Origin: Verrucomicrobiota bacterium
GTDB taxonomy: Bacteria; Verrucomicrobiota; Verrucomicrobiia; Limisphaerales; JAEYXS01
Direction: 5' to 3'
Length of the DNA: 64,000 nt
Assembly (NCBI GenBank): GCA_030834415.1
Contig: JAURFH010000001.1
Span: forward strand, 2,951-66,950
In this document: positions 29,364 through 40,058 of the stretch, piece after piece
How the letters are laid out: each line of letters opens with the position of its first letter
Numbering within the stretch: the first letter of the stretch is position 1
The notes under the pieces: model-generated
Database searches by the model: none
The model's input: only the letters and a program-made list of their open reading frames with translations
What the model was told of the DNA's origin: nothing
Made by a program: the position numbers and the translations under genes

Positions 29364-30377
29364 TTATTTTTTCTTGGCTTCGAGTTTCTCGATCATCTTG
29401 CGCAACTTGCGCAGTGCTATGTTTTGTATCTGACGAACTCGCTCCCGCGTCACGCCAAATTTTTGCCCCACTTCCTCCAATGTCTTCTCGTTTCCGCCAT
29501 CCAAGCCGAAGCGATAGCGCAAGATGGCCGCCTCTCGCGGGTCCAGCTTGGTGACCATCTCCTCCAGCATGGAGTTCACTGTCTTGTCTTCCAGTTGGGC
29601 ATACGGTGATGTGGCGTTCTCATCGGCGACTACTTCAGAGTAGCTGTTGGAATCCTCATCTTCACTGATGGGAGCATCCAGCGAAGCCGGTCGGATGGCC
29701 GCCGTACGCATGGCCGCTACCCGTGAAGCCGACGTATTCAATTCCTCCGCCAGCTCTTCATCTGTCGGTTCGCGGCCAAATTCTTCCTGCAACTTCATGG
29801 CCGTGCGCCGCATCTTTGAAATCTTGTCAACCAGATGCACCGGCAGACGGATGGTCTTGGACTGATTAGCCAGTGCGCGCTTGATGGATTGTTTGATCCA
29901 CCAAGAACCGTACGTGGACAATTTGCCGCCCTTGGCCGGATCAAAGCGTTCCACCGCCTTCATCAAGCCAATGTTACCTTCATTGATCAGGTCCAGCAGA
30001 GGAAGCCCCAAACCATCGTAATCATGCGCGATTTTGACCACCAGCCGCAGGTTGGCCTTGATCATGTGTTCGCGGGCTTTCTTGTCGCCTTTCTTGATCT
30101 TGGCCGCTAGTTCGATCTCTTCCTGCGGCGTCAGGAGCTTCACTTGACCGACTTCGCGTAGGTAAAGCTTGATAGCCGTATCACCGTCGTAGGCGGTGCG
30201 TTCGCGAGCCGGAGCCGGCTCACTTGGTGCAGGCTCAGGCCGGACCTGTGCCACCTCAACTTGAGGAGCGGAAACAAAGGCCTTGTCACTGGTGACAACG
30301 GGTTCTGCTGTTGGTGCGACGACTACCGTGTTCGCAGAACGCTTGCTGGCCTTCTTCCCTGTTTTCTTTGGCGGCAT
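29364..30377 (-). CDS. rpoD: RNA polymerase sigma-70 factor (RpoD-like, short N-terminus)
   Basis: 337 aa. Regions 1.2-4.2 are present: YLREVGQVKLLTPQEEIELA, RLVVKIAHDY, DLINEGNIGLMKAVERFD, STYGSWWIKQSI and TLEEVGQKFGVTRERVRQIQ. I cannot prove that it is the primary sigma. Confidence 0.85.
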   Translation of the reverse strand: MPPKKTGKKASKRSANTVVVAPTAEPVVTSDKAFVSAPQVEVAQVRPEPAPSEPAPARERTAYDGDTAIKLYLREVGQVKLLTPQEEIELAAKIKKGDKKAREHMIKANLRLVVKIAHDYDGLGLPLLDLINEGNIGLMKAVERFDPAKGGKLSTYGSWWIKQSIKRALANQSKTIRLPVHLVDKISKMRRTAMKLQEEFGREPTDEELAEELNTSASRVAAMRTAAIRPASLDAPISEDEDSNSYSEVVADENATSPYAQLEDKTVNSMLEEMVTKLDPREAAILRYRFGLDGGNEKTLEEVGQKFGVTRERVRQIQNIALRKLRKMIEKLEAKKK

Positions 30378-30401
30378 ACCCTTGTCCTTTCGAGGCTAGG
30401 T

Positions 30402-30457
30402 GCTGGAGCGTGCAGGGCAAGCAAATTGACGCTTCTCGCCTCTCGCATCGCTCCAGC
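30402..30457. repeat. Inverted repeat in the rpoD leader, in the peptidase-rpoD spacer
   Basis: GCTGGAGCG (30402-30410) and CGCTCCAGC (30449-30457) are 9-bp perfect arms separated by 38 nt. The repeat lies 24 nt upstream of the rpoD start on the minus strand. No U-run follows it. Confidence 0.4.
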
Positions 30458-30502
30458 TAACGGAGCCTCATTACCCATGTTTATTCCCTATCCCAACCGA
30501 TG

Positions 30503-31195
30503 TCAGCGGTTCCCCGACCGCGACAACATGATGAAGTATATCAACGTCATCAAAGTCTGGACCATGGCCGCCACATAAGTCAGAACAGCCGCGCTCAATA
30601 CACTCGACACTCCGCCCGACTCGCCCGGATGCACGATTCCCAAACGGGACAATTCGATTTTTGCGCGTCGGCTGGCGTCATACTCCACCGGTAAGGTGAT
30701 AAGCTGGAACGCGAAGATGACACTGTAAATAATGATACCCAACACAGCCAGTTTGGCCATGCTCAGGAACATACCCAAGAAAAACAGCACCATCGCACCG
30801 CCACTGGCGATATTGGTGATGGGCACAAGCGCCATGCGCAGATTGAGCCAGACGTAAGAAGCCTTATGCTGCAAGGCATGACCGGCTTCATGAGCCGCCA
30901 CCCCTACCGCCGCCAATGAACGCCCGTGATAGTTCTCCGAGGAAAGGCATAGCCGCTTCTTGATCGGGTCGTAATGGTCGCTGAGATGCCCGGGCACTTC
31001 CATGATTGCCATATTGGGCAACCCGGCCGAATCCAAGATTTCACGCGCCGCCTGCGCTCCGGTTAGCCCCGTCCCTACCGGAACGCGGCTATAACGTTCA
31101 TAGGTAGACTTAAGCTTGAACTGGGCATATAGCCCCAGCAGCAAAGGCGGAATCAAGCACACCAAGTAGAGTCCTAGTCCGTTCAGTTCATTCAT
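30503..31195 (-). CDS. Membrane zinc metallopeptidase (Zn_peptidase_2 / YugP-like family)
   Basis: 230 aa with an N-terminal TM helix, an HEAGHALQ zinc motif and C-terminal TM helices. Confidence 0.8.
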   Translation of the reverse strand: MNELNGLGLYLVCLIPPLLLGLYAQFKLKSTYERYSRVPVGTGLTGAQAAREILDSAGLPNMAIMEVPGHLSDHYDPIKKRLCLSSENYHGRSLAAVGVAAHEAGHALQHKASYVWLNLRMALVPITNIASGGAMVLFFLGMFLSMAKLAVLGIIIYSVIFAFQLITLPVEYDASRRAKIELSRLGIVHPGESGGVSSVLSAAVLTYVAAMVQTLMTLIYFIMLSRSGNR

Positions 31196-31369
31196 ATCAC
31201 TTCACCATTAAGATACTTATTACACTTTTTATGACAACTCACACTGGCAAACCGTTCAAACAAATTGAACACCCGGCAAGCGAGTCAAAGTGCCATACGC
31301 CAAAGGGATACGCGATTGGAAACAGAACTGAAAATTGGAATGAACGTCCTCCAACCGCCCCCTTAAAAA

Positions 31370-32503
31370 TCAGACCTCCAACACCTTCTCAAACTTGGTC
31401 AGATTCCGGGCCCCATTCCGGGTGACTAACACGTCATCCTCCATCCGTATCCCCCCGATTTCCGGGTAATAAAGCCCCGGCTCGATGGTGACGATATGGC
31501 CGGTCTTAAGGACATCCTCTGAATTGGCCGCCAGACGGGGGGCTTCATGCACTTCCAGCCCCAAACCATGCCCGATGCCGTGGAAAAAGCCTTGGACCCG
31601 GCCTCTTACCCGACCGGTCTTGTAACCCGCATCCTCAAACAGTTTTTGGACGGCTTGGTGAACCACTGCCCCCTTCACCCCGGCTTTCACCTTGCTGATG
31701 GCCAGCTCTTGTCCACGGACTACGGTATCAAACATCTGCCGCAATGGCTCGCTGGCTCGGCCCTTTACCACAGTGCGGGTGATATCACCGTAATAGCCGG
31801 TCCGTTGCGATTTGGGGAAAACATCCAGGATTATCGGCTGGTTGGCCTTGAGCGGACCATAGCCGCGCTCATGCGGGTCACACCCCTGCTTACCACAAGC
31901 TACGATCGTATGACTGGCAATGCCTCCAGCCTGAATGATGGCGATATCAATGATGGACCTTAGTTTCTCAGCAGTGAGCGGAACTCCATGATAAAGCAGA
32001 ACCCCGCCTTTACCGATCTTGGAAGATTTCAGCGCCTGTATCCCTTCCGCCAAGCCGACCTCTGCCATCATCAAGGCGGCACTGACGCATTTGATCTCTT
32101 TCGGATTCTTGAACTCGCGCTCCGGGAAAACCGCCCCTTTGGCCACCTTCACTTTGATATCAAGCTGGCGCAACTGCCGCGCGAGACCATGAGGGAAGTT
32201 CGCCGGCACGAATACTTTGCTCCTACGCTTTTCTTTGAGCAGGGATTTGATGACCTCGGCTGAATTCGCTTTCTTTCCGTTCTCGCGTTGGAGCTTTTGG
32301 GCTACGGATGAGAAGGATACCGCCCGGCAATGCTTGGCCTGCTTGCGGGCTCGGCCCAACTCGAGATCACTGAGCACGATCATCGGCCGCCCATTGATGC
32401 GAAGATAAATAAAAGCATCCGGCACGAACATACGCACGGCATACAGCATGTTCGCGTCACGCTCACTGTCAGCCACCATCAGCAGCGTTTCGTCCCGGGT
32501 CAT
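31370..32503 (-). CDS. M24 family Xaa-Pro aminopeptidase
   Basis: 377 aa. Pita-bread fold metal ligands lie in DVFPK..GYYGDITRT, FHGIGHGLGLEVHE, VTIEPG and IRMEDDV. Confidence 0.88.
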   Translation of the reverse strand: MTRDETLLMVADSERDANMLYAVRMFVPDAFIYLRINGRPMIVLSDLELGRARKQAKHCRAVSFSSVAQKLQRENGKKANSAEVIKSLLKEKRRSKVFVPANFPHGLARQLRQLDIKVKVAKGAVFPEREFKNPKEIKCVSAALMMAEVGLAEGIQALKSSKIGKGGVLLYHGVPLTAEKLRSIIDIAIIQAGGIASHTIVACGKQGCDPHERGYGPLKANQPIILDVFPKSQRTGYYGDITRTVVKGRASEPLRQMFDTVVRGQELAISKVKAGVKGAVVHQAVQKLFEDAGYKTGRVRGRVQGFFHGIGHGLGLEVHEAPRLAANSEDVLKTGHIVTIEPGLYYPEIGGIRMEDDVLVTRNGARNLTKFEKVLEV

Positions 32504-32647
32504 AGGGGGGTGAAATTATGAGGGATTAAAGCCGAGATGCAAGGGTTTGAAACACCACATCCGGAATTCCATTCATGAATTTATGCCCAGCACAAAAAAA
32601 GACCACGTGCATCCCGAGATACAGATGGTCACTGAAAGAAGCGAAAC

Positions 32648-33835
32648 TTAGTGCAACACGCTGGTTGATAGAAAATACAGGTGACCAGCTTGTAATTTCG
32701 GGGCATCAAACCCGATGTCGATCTTCACCGTTGCCGGTTGCGGCTTGCTGGAAAAACCCAAGAGACTGCCAAAGGTAAATGGCCGGGCATAGCGAACGAG
32801 CTTCGCATCATTGATACCGGCAATCTTCAGTGTTCGATCCACCGTGGTTTCCCAGTCACCCAATTCATCCACCAAACCGGCTTGCAGCGCCTGATTGCCT
32901 GATAGAATGCGCCCATCGGCCAAGTCCTCCCAATCTGCGGCCAAAGGTTTCCCCTGCCCTTTGTTATCTTTATTGGAAGCTTCGCGACCGGCCTTCACGA
33001 TTGATTTGAACTTGCCGTAAGTCTCATCGATCAAGGCCTGTACCATTTGACCTTCCTCCGGCAAGATATCTTCAGGCTTCTTCGAGCCACTGAGCATATC
33101 TTTGAACTTGCCGCTCTTGTAAACCAGCGGCACCACACCCACTTTGTCCATCAAGCCGCGGTAGTTATAGCCGGACATGATCACACCGATGCTGCCGGTA
33201 AGCGTCAGTTCGTTGGCCACAATCCATCGACAGGGCGCACTGACATAGTAACCTCCTGAGGCAGCCATGCTCCCCATGGAAGCGATCACCGGCTTGCCGT
33301 GTTCGTTCTGAAACTTCTGGATAGCACGGTAGATATCATCTGAGGCCAGCACTTCTCCACCTGGAGAGTCCACCTTGAGAATAACCGCCTGCACCTTGTC
33401 GTCATCACCTGCGCGACGAAGTTGCTCCTTCACCATGTCCACCATCGATGCGCCAGTATGGTCTACGGCAGAACCGGAGATTACCCCCTCCACACCGATA
33501 ACTGCGATTTTGTTCGCGGAATCACTGGGTTCAAGCACCACTTCCTGCAACATCGAACGCGAAGTGCCCCCTGTGGACATGCCCGCTCCGCTGCCCCCCA
33601 AAAAAGCCCCGAACACACCGATCAACATGAAGAACCCGCCGCCCAAGGCCAGCAGGATCAGCAAAACCCAAACCAGCGGATTACGTTTTTCTTTCTTTGG
33701 TGGAGCAACCGCCAAGGGCGGTGGCATCTGGTATGGAGTAGAAAGCTGGGGCGGTATCGGTGGAGGAGTCGGGGGAGTGTTTTCCGACCCCGTCGGTCCG
33801 GAAGGCGGTAGATTGGGTGGCACTGAGTTGTCCAT
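32648..33835 (-). CDS. sppA: Signal peptide peptidase SppA (36K type) with Pro-rich N-terminus
   Basis: 395 aa. Pro-rich cytoplasmic N-terminus, one TM helix, and a ClpP/crotonase-like domain with DSPGGEV, ASGGYY and GSIGV. Confidence 0.88.
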   Translation of the reverse strand: MDNSVPPNLPPSGPTGSENTPPTPPPIPPQLSTPYQMPPPLAVAPPKKEKRNPLVWVLLILLALGGGFFMLIGVFGAFLGGSGAGMSTGGTSRSMLQEVVLEPSDSANKIAVIGVEGVISGSAVDHTGASMVDMVKEQLRRAGDDDKVQAVILKVDSPGGEVLASDDIYRAIQKFQNEHGKPVIASMGSMAASGGYYVSAPCRWIVANELTLTGSIGVIMSGYNYRGLMDKVGVVPLVYKSGKFKDMLSGSKKPEDILPEEGQMVQALIDETYGKFKSIVKAGREASNKDNKGQGKPLAADWEDLADGRILSGNQALQAGLVDELGDWETTVDRTLKIAGINDAKLVRYARPFTFGSLLGFSSKPQPATVKIDIGFDAPKLQAGHLYFLSTSVLH

Positions 33836-33914
33836 GGCCGAGCAACCTAATCCACCCTTGGCAGAGCGGCAAGTCCCACTAAGACGTATTCGCCAAATAC
33901 ACTTAATGGCTCTC

Positions 33915-35078
33915 TCACCTCAATATCCGCAGCTGGTGCCGCGCGATGTAGGGATCAACGTGCACCAGGAACATATAAGCCACCTTCTCCCAGAAAAGGG
34001 TCCAGAGCGACCTTTTGCCCGGCCATGTTTCCTTGGTGACGCGCTTGGAATACTCCAGACATTGCGAAAAATAATACTGTCCTCCCCGCAAGACTTCCGG
34101 GGTATTGGAGCGGACCAATAATTCGTAATTGATACCCAAGCTCCGCTTATCGAGGTTCGACGACCCCACATAAACCTTATCATCCAGCAGATAGAGTTTC
34201 GCATGCAGTATCTGCGGTTGATACTCGTAGATCTCCACCCCGGAACGAAGCAAACCACCGTAAAGACTCCGGGTCGCCATTTGGGAAAGCCACACGTCCG
34301 TTCGTCCCGCCAAAATCAGTTGCACCTGCCCGCCTTTTCTGGCGATGCGTTGCAAGCTGCGGCGTATCCGCCAAGTGGGCAAAAAATAGGCGGAAATGAT
34401 CTGTACTTTCTTGGCCGAAGCCAAATCATCGTAGAGAGCGGCTTTGATCGGGTGGCGCCCGATACCCGGAGTATTCATTAATACATCCCCGGACACAGTT
34501 TCCGGCGATAGCGTACGTTTATTTCGACGCCACGATGTGAGTCGGCCGTGCCGGAAGTCGGCGAGCTGGAACATCTGGTCGAATGAACGGCTTAACTCGA
34601 GAACCATAGGACCGCTGATACTGATCCCTACATCCCGCCAGCCATGGCGTATCCCGTCTCCCTCATACTCGGCAGCGACATTGAAGCCGCCGATAATGGC
34701 GACCGAATCATCGCAAACCAGCAGCTTCCGATGATTTCGGATGGCGATGCGGTTGAACTGCAGCGGATTGAACCACCGGCAATCGGCCCCCGCCCGGCGC
34801 AATGGCTCCCAAAAAGAATCATCCAAATCTTCTGAACCCCAGGCATCTACCAAAACCTGAACGGAGACACCGTCCTGAGCCGCTTCAATCAAAGCCGTCC
34901 GGATGCGCAAACCCACGGCATCGTTACGGTAGATATAGGTCTCTAGGCGGATGAACCGATGAGCTGAATCGATGGCCTGAACCATGGCATCAAACGCTGC
35001 CGAGCCGGTGTAGAGCCAGCGAATGCCGTTTGCCATAGGTGATGCCATGTTGGGCAAAAGTAGTTGGTAATCATGCAC
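33915..35078 (-). CDS. Phospholipase D family protein, cardiolipin synthase ClsB-like
   Basis: 387 aa with two HKD motifs, NHRKLLVCDD and LHAKLYLLDDKVYVGSSNLD. No N-terminal TM helices. Confidence 0.85.
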   Translation of the reverse strand: MHDYQLLLPNMASPMANGIRWLYTGSAAFDAMVQAIDSAHRFIRLETYIYRNDAVGLRIRTALIEAAQDGVSVQVLVDAWGSEDLDDSFWEPLRRAGADCRWFNPLQFNRIAIRNHRKLLVCDDSVAIIGGFNVAAEYEGDGIRHGWRDVGISISGPMVLELSRSFDQMFQLADFRHGRLTSWRRNKRTLSPETVSGDVLMNTPGIGRHPIKAALYDDLASAKKVQIISAYFLPTWRIRRSLQRIARKGGQVQLILAGRTDVWLSQMATRSLYGGLLRSGVEIYEYQPQILHAKLYLLDDKVYVGSSNLDKRSLGINYELLVRSNTPEVLRGGQYYFSQCLEYSKRVTKETWPGKRSLWTLFWEKVAYMFLVHVDPYIARHQLRILR

Positions 35079-35159
35079 TTTTCAATGACTGAGCTTGTCC
35101 ACTGTCCCGCTTGGCTGAACGTTGCCATTGTGAAAAGGTCCAAACGAAGGTAACTTGGA

Positions 35160-37376
35160 ATGGATTCAAGGCTCGTTCCTCACATGAACATGACATTGAG
35201 CAGATTTTTGGCGGTATGCCTGGCGATGCTGGTGGGTTTCTCAGCCCACGGCGCCGCCACCACCGCCCGGCTGGTGATACCGGTGGAAACCGTCAAAGCG
35301 GGTGATACCATCACTGTCGGGGTCCTGCTGGAAATGCTGCCCGGCTGGCATACGTATTGGAAAAACCCGGGCGAATCTGGCATGGCCAGCAAAATCATCT
35401 GGACTCTGCCGAATGGCATCACGGCTGGTGAGATCCAGTGGCCTACCCCAGAGGTCTATGAAGATAAGACCGTGGATCTCATCACCTATGTCCATCACGG
35501 CCAAGCCATGCTCCTTGTCCCTCTCACCATTGGGGCGAATTTACCTAACGGCGAACTGGATCTAAATGCCCGCGTCTCCTGGTTGGAATGTGAAAAGCTA
35601 TGTGTCCCCGGTCGAACCGAGGTCACCGGCAAATTTAGCATCGGCAAAGAAACCAAAGCCTCTAGCGATGCTCCTCTCATCCAAGAATGGCAAAACAAGC
35701 TACCCAAGCCAAATACCACCTTGAAGGCTACGGCTCATTGGGATGGTCCGATCAAAGAAAACAGCCGCAATGTCATCATTGAGTTCAGCCCCGACACATC
35801 AATCGCAAGTTGGGACTTTTTCCCCTATCGCGGTGAAGATTTCACCCTCGGTCCCAAGTCGGAAAAAATCGGCCTTAAGGATGGTCGTTACACTTTGCGG
35901 AAAACTCTGACCAGTGATGAGGGCAAATGGCCGGCCGAAATCAAGGGCCTGATTGTCGGCGGCAGCAACCCGGAAAAGCCAACCACCGCCTATGAGGCCG
36001 CTATCACCATCGGAGGTTTGGAATCAGCCGCAGGCAACGTCGCCTCCGCGAATCAGGCCTCAGGTGAGCCAGCTGCCACACAACCCGATATCGCCCCACG
36101 CTCGTTGTTCGCAATGCTCATCTACGCCTTCATCGGCGGTATGATCCTGAACATCATGCCCTGCGTGCTCCCCGTCATCTCTCTGAAGATTTTGGGGTTC
36201 GTCCATCAAAGCCAACAAGACCCGAAACGCGTTAGAATGCTGGGGTTGGTGTATGCCTTGGGCGTGGTGGTGTCATTTCTGGTACTGGCCGCTTTGGTTA
36301 TCGGTGTGCAACAGGCTGGCAAGGCTGCCAGCTGGGGGATGCAATTCCAGAACCCTCAATTCCTGGTGATATTGACTATTCTGGTGACATTGGTCGCCTT
36401 GAATCTGTTCGGCGTGTTTGAAGTCACCATGAACAGCAATGTGATGGGAGCCGCGGGACAACTCGCTGCGCAAAAGGGTGCTTCCGGCGCCTTCTTTAAT
36501 GGTGTCCTCGCCACTATTCTGGCCACCCCTTGCACCGCCCCGTTCTTGGGTGTCGCACTCGGATTCGCTTTCGCCCAATCGGCCGTCGTCATTCTATTGG
36601 TCTTTGTGACCATCGCCCTCGGTTTGGCTTTTCCCTATGTGCTTTTGAGTTGGCAGCCTAAATGGCTCAAGTTCTTACCCAAACCCGGTGCTTGGATGGA
36701 GAAATTCAAAATCCTCATGGGCTTCCCCATGATCGCCACCGCTTTCTGGTTGTTCAGTCTGGCCGCTGGACATTTCGGCCGTAGTGGTGTGCTCTGGATC
36801 GGGCTGCTATTGGTATTTGTCGGACTCGCCGCATATATCTTTGGAGAATTCGTCCAGCGCGGCAGCAAACACCGCGGGGTCTCTGCGGCTTTCGCTGGCA
36901 TATTGCTGTTGGGCAGTCTTGGCTACATTTTGGAAGGCCAGCTCAATTGGCGTTCACCAGATCGAGCCGGCACTTCCGCCACGACCTTGGAATCTAAAGT
37001 AGGCATTGAGTGGAAATCATGGAATACCGAGGCCGTCGCCGAGGCCCGGAAAAGCGGCAAACCGGTTTTTGTCGATTTCACCGCCGACTGGTGTGTTACC
37101 TGTCAGGCAAACAAGCGGACGAGCATCGAGATTGCTTCGGTAAAAGAGAAATTGGATGCCATCGGGGCCCTATCCTTACTGGGTGATTACACTTATGAAG
37201 ATGCGGCCATAGCTGCAGAACTTAAGAAATACGGCCGCGCCGGGGTCCCTTTGGTGGTCGTTTTCCCAGCTGACCCTGAAGCTCAGCCCATTGTCCTGCC
37301 TGAGTTACTCACCCCAGGAATTGTCTTGGAGGCTCTGGAAAAAGCCGCTCCCAAGGTACTTAGCTCCGTCAAATAG
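35160..37376 (+). CDS. Thiol:disulfide interchange protein DsbD family
   Basis: 738 aa. The true start may be an internal Met at 35184 or 35190. N-terminal DsbD-alpha-like domain (WLECEKLCVPG), DsbD/CcdA TM core (NIMPCVLPV, TPCTAPFLG), and C-terminal thioredoxin fold (DFTADWCVTCQ). Confidence 0.88.
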   Translation: MDSRLVPHMNMTLSRFLAVCLAMLVGFSAHGAATTARLVIPVETVKAGDTITVGVLLEMLPGWHTYWKNPGESGMASKIIWTLPNGITAGEIQWPTPEVYEDKTVDLITYVHHGQAMLLVPLTIGANLPNGELDLNARVSWLECEKLCVPGRTEVTGKFSIGKETKASSDAPLIQEWQNKLPKPNTTLKATAHWDGPIKENSRNVIIEFSPDTSIASWDFFPYRGEDFTLGPKSEKIGLKDGRYTLRKTLTSDEGKWPAEIKGLIVGGSNPEKPTTAYEAAITIGGLESAAGNVASANQASGEPAATQPDIAPRSLFAMLIYAFIGGMILNIMPCVLPVISLKILGFVHQSQQDPKRVRMLGLVYALGVVVSFLVLAALVIGVQQAGKAASWGMQFQNPQFLVILTILVTLVALNLFGVFEVTMNSNVMGAAGQLAAQKGASGAFFNGVLATILATPCTAPFLGVALGFAFAQSAVVILLVFVTIALGLAFPYVLLSWQPKWLKFLPKPGAWMEKFKILMGFPMIATAFWLFSLAAGHFGRSGVLWIGLLLVFVGLAAYIFGEFVQRGSKHRGVSAAFAGILLLGSLGYILEGQLNWRSPDRAGTSATTLESKVGIEWKSWNTEAVAEARKSGKPVFVDFTADWCVTCQANKRTSIEIASVKEKLDAIGALSLLGDYTYEDAAIAAELKKYGRAGVPLVVVFPADPEAQPIVLPELLTPGIVLEALEKAAPKVLSSVK

Positions 37377-37430
37377 GTCTGTTCTCCCCCCTCGACGACG
37401 CCCCCTCGCTCAGTATAAGCTGTCTCCACT

Positions 37431-37937
37431 ATGGCGACAGAATCCAAGCCCTTGGTCGGTATCATCATGGGCAGCCAATCCGATTGGGAAACGATGCAAC
37501 ATGCGGCCAACCAGTTGACCGAACTGGGAGTGCCGTTCGAGGCGCAGGTCGTTTCCGCGCATCGCACGCCCGATCTGCTTTTTGAATACGCGGACGTAGC
37601 GGCGAGCCGCGGGCTTGAAGTCATCATCGCCGGCGCGGGTGGTGCCGCGCATCTCCCTGGCATGTGTGCCTCCAAAACGCAACTCCCCGTGCTGGGTGTG
37701 CCGGTGGAATCCAAAGCTCTCAAAGGCATGGATTCCCTGCTCTCCATCGTCCAGATGCCCGGTGGCGTTCCCGTCGGCACAATGGCCATCGGCAAAGCTG
37801 GCGCCATCAATGCCGCCTTGCTAGCCACGGCGATCTTGGGCAACAAGCATCCGCAATTCCGCGCGGCTTACGAGAAGTTCCGTGAACAGCAAACCGCCAA
37901 GGTGCTGGCCAATCGCACGTTGCCGCCTCAGTCCTAA
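37431..37937 (+). CDS. purE: 5-(carboxyamino)imidazole ribonucleotide mutase
   Basis: 168 aa with [16 protein letters not shown] and [10 protein letters not shown]. Confidence 0.96.
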   Translation: MATESKPLVGIIMGSQSDWETMQHAANQLTELGVPFEAQVVSAHRTPDLLFEYADVAASRGLEVIIAGAGGAAHLPGMCASKTQLPVLGVPVESKALKGMDSLLSIVQMPGGVPVGTMAIGKAGAINAALLATAILGNKHPQFRAAYEKFREQQTAKVLANRTLPPQS

Positions 37938-37949
37938 TTTCCCTTATCC

Positions 37950-39104
37950 ATGTCGATCAAACCGATTCTTCCCGGCGCCCGCATTGGTGTACTTGGTAGT
38001 GGCCAATTGGGCCGCATGCTCGCCCTATCCGCCCGCAAACTGGGCTACGGTGTCGCCGTTTACTCGCCCGAAGCGAATTCCCCAGCCAGTGCCGTAGCCG
38101 ACATCGATGTCGTAGGCGATTACCTCGATCTTCCGCGTATCCACGAATTCGCGAAGCAGGTTGAGGTCGTCACCTTCGAGTTCGAAAACGTCCCTCATGA
38201 TGCAGCCAAGGCTTGCGCTGAGCACGCTGCCGTTCGCCCGGATGGACATGTTCTCCACGTCTCGCAAAACCGTCTGCGTGAAAAAAGTTTTCTGAAGGAT
38301 AAAGGCTTTCCAACGACGCCCTTCCAGCGCGTGACCAGTCTTGCGGAACTCGAACAGGCCGTCGCCACCATCGGCGCTCCCGGAGTGTTGAAGACCGCCA
38401 GCTTCGGTTACGACGGCAAAGGCCAGATGAAGCTAAAAACACCTGCTGATGCCACCAAAGCTTGGGAAGCGATGAAAGGCGTGGAATCCATTTACGAAGG
38501 GTTTGTGGATTTCGTGAAAGAGATGTCCGTCATCGGCGCCCGGACGCTTGATGGTCAGGTCGTCACGTTCCCTGTCTTTGAGAACGATCACGCGAACCAC
38601 ATCCTCGACATCACCTTTGCGCCGGCCGCGATTAGTTCCGAACTTGCCGATGAAGCCCGCAAGATCGCGCAAGGTATCTTGGAGAAACTGAACGTCGTGG
38701 GTTTGCTCACCGTTGAGATGTTCCTCACGCGTGATGGCCGTGTGCTCGTCAATGAACTGGCCCCACGCACGCATAATTCCGGTCACCTCACCATCGACGC
38801 CTGCGTAACCAGCCAATTTGAACAACAAGTCCGCGCCGTGTGCGGTTTGCCCCTCGGCTCCACCGACATGACCAAACCTGCCGCTATGGCGAACTTGCTC
38901 GGTCACCTGTGGGAGTATGGCGAGCCCGATTGGACGGCCGCCTTACAAGATCCGCTAGTGAAGCTGCATCTCTACGGCAAACGCGAAGCGCGTGTCGGCC
39001 GCAAGATGGGCCATCTGACCGCGACGGGTGATACCGTCGAGCTAGCCATCGAGCGAGTGAAGAAGGCGCGCGAGGCGCTGACGGCGAAATACACCGCCAA
39101 GTAA
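37950..39104 (+). CDS. purK: 5-(carboxyamino)imidazole ribonucleotide synthase
   Basis: 384 aa, ATP-grasp fold. GVLGSGQLGRM, YDGKGQ, NELAPRTHNSGH and C-terminal GRKMGH. Lies directly after purE. Confidence 0.95.
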   Translation: MSIKPILPGARIGVLGSGQLGRMLALSARKLGYGVAVYSPEANSPASAVADIDVVGDYLDLPRIHEFAKQVEVVTFEFENVPHDAAKACAEHAAVRPDGHVLHVSQNRLREKSFLKDKGFPTTPFQRVTSLAELEQAVATIGAPGVLKTASFGYDGKGQMKLKTPADATKAWEAMKGVESIYEGFVDFVKEMSVIGARTLDGQVVTFPVFENDHANHILDITFAPAAISSELADEARKIAQGILEKLNVVGLLTVEMFLTRDGRVLVNELAPRTHNSGHLTIDACVTSQFEQQVRAVCGLPLGSTDMTKPAAMANLLGHLWEYGEPDWTAALQDPLVKLHLYGKREARVGRKMGHLTATGDTVELAIERVKKAREALTAKYTAK

Positions 39105-39107
39105 CCG

Positions 39108-39974
39108 ATGCGTACGGTCAAATCCATCGCCGCCATGCAGCGGCTCGCGTTGAAATGGAAACGTTCCGGCGTAAAAATCGGCTTTGTGCCCACGATGGGT
39201 TATCTGCACGCCGGCCACATCAGTCTGGTCACCGAAGCGAGGAAACGAGTTGGGCCCAAAGGCAAAGTCGTCCTCAGCATCTACGTCAACCCGACTCAGT
39301 TCGGCCCTAAGGAAGACTTCAGCAAGTATCCACGCGACTTACAGCGCGACACCACCCTGTGCCATGCGGGTGGAGTAGATATCATCTTCGCGCCTACGGA
39401 TACCGATATGTATCCGCGCCCAGAGGGCTACGCTTATAGCACTTATGTGCTGGAGGAAACGCTCTCGCAAGCGATGGAGGGTGCCTCACGTCCCACACAC
39501 TTCCGCGGAGTTACCACCATCGTCTCAAAGTTGTTCAACATCGTTCTGCCGGATGTAGCGATCTTCGGGGCCAAGGACTGGCAGCAAGCCACCATTATCC
39601 AGCGCATGGTTCGCGATCTGAATTTCCCGCTGAAGATAGTCGTCGCCCAAACGCATCGCGAAGCAGATGGCTTGGCGATGAGTTCACGGAATAAATATCT
39701 GAACCCGGAAGAACGCACCCAAGCAACCATCCTCTGGCGGGCCATTCAAACGGCTAAAGCGGAAGTCAAAGCCTCAAAGGCTCCACTCGCTGCCGCGCGT
39801 TTGAAACAGAAACTCGCCAAGTTGATCGCTTCACAACCCGCAGCCCGTCTCGATTACATCGAGTTCTTTGTGCCAGACGCCCTGACGACGGCCACCAAAA
39901 TCAGTCGTGGCACCCATATGGCCCTAGCCGTTTTCTTCGGAAATACGCGCCTGATCGATAACGCCCGGCTCTGA
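39108..39974 (+). CDS. panC: Pantoate--beta-alanine ligase
   Basis: 288 aa with FVPTMGYLHAGH, VNPTQFGP, FRGVTTIVSKLFN and FGAKDWQQ. Confidence 0.96.
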   Translation: MRTVKSIAAMQRLALKWKRSGVKIGFVPTMGYLHAGHISLVTEARKRVGPKGKVVLSIYVNPTQFGPKEDFSKYPRDLQRDTTLCHAGGVDIIFAPTDTDMYPRPEGYAYSTYVLEETLSQAMEGASRPTHFRGVTTIVSKLFNIVLPDVAIFGAKDWQQATIIQRMVRDLNFPLKIVVAQTHREADGLAMSSRNKYLNPEERTQATILWRAIQTAKAEVKASKAPLAAARLKQKLAKLIASQPAARLDYIEFFVPDALTTATKISRGTHMALAVFFGNTRLIDNARL

Positions 39975-40058
39975 TTTGCCAGACTTCTTGTCCCGTTCCA
40001 TTTGACCGCGTGACATTGCGGTCTCTCTCTGGTCTAATTCTAAACACACGACGTAATT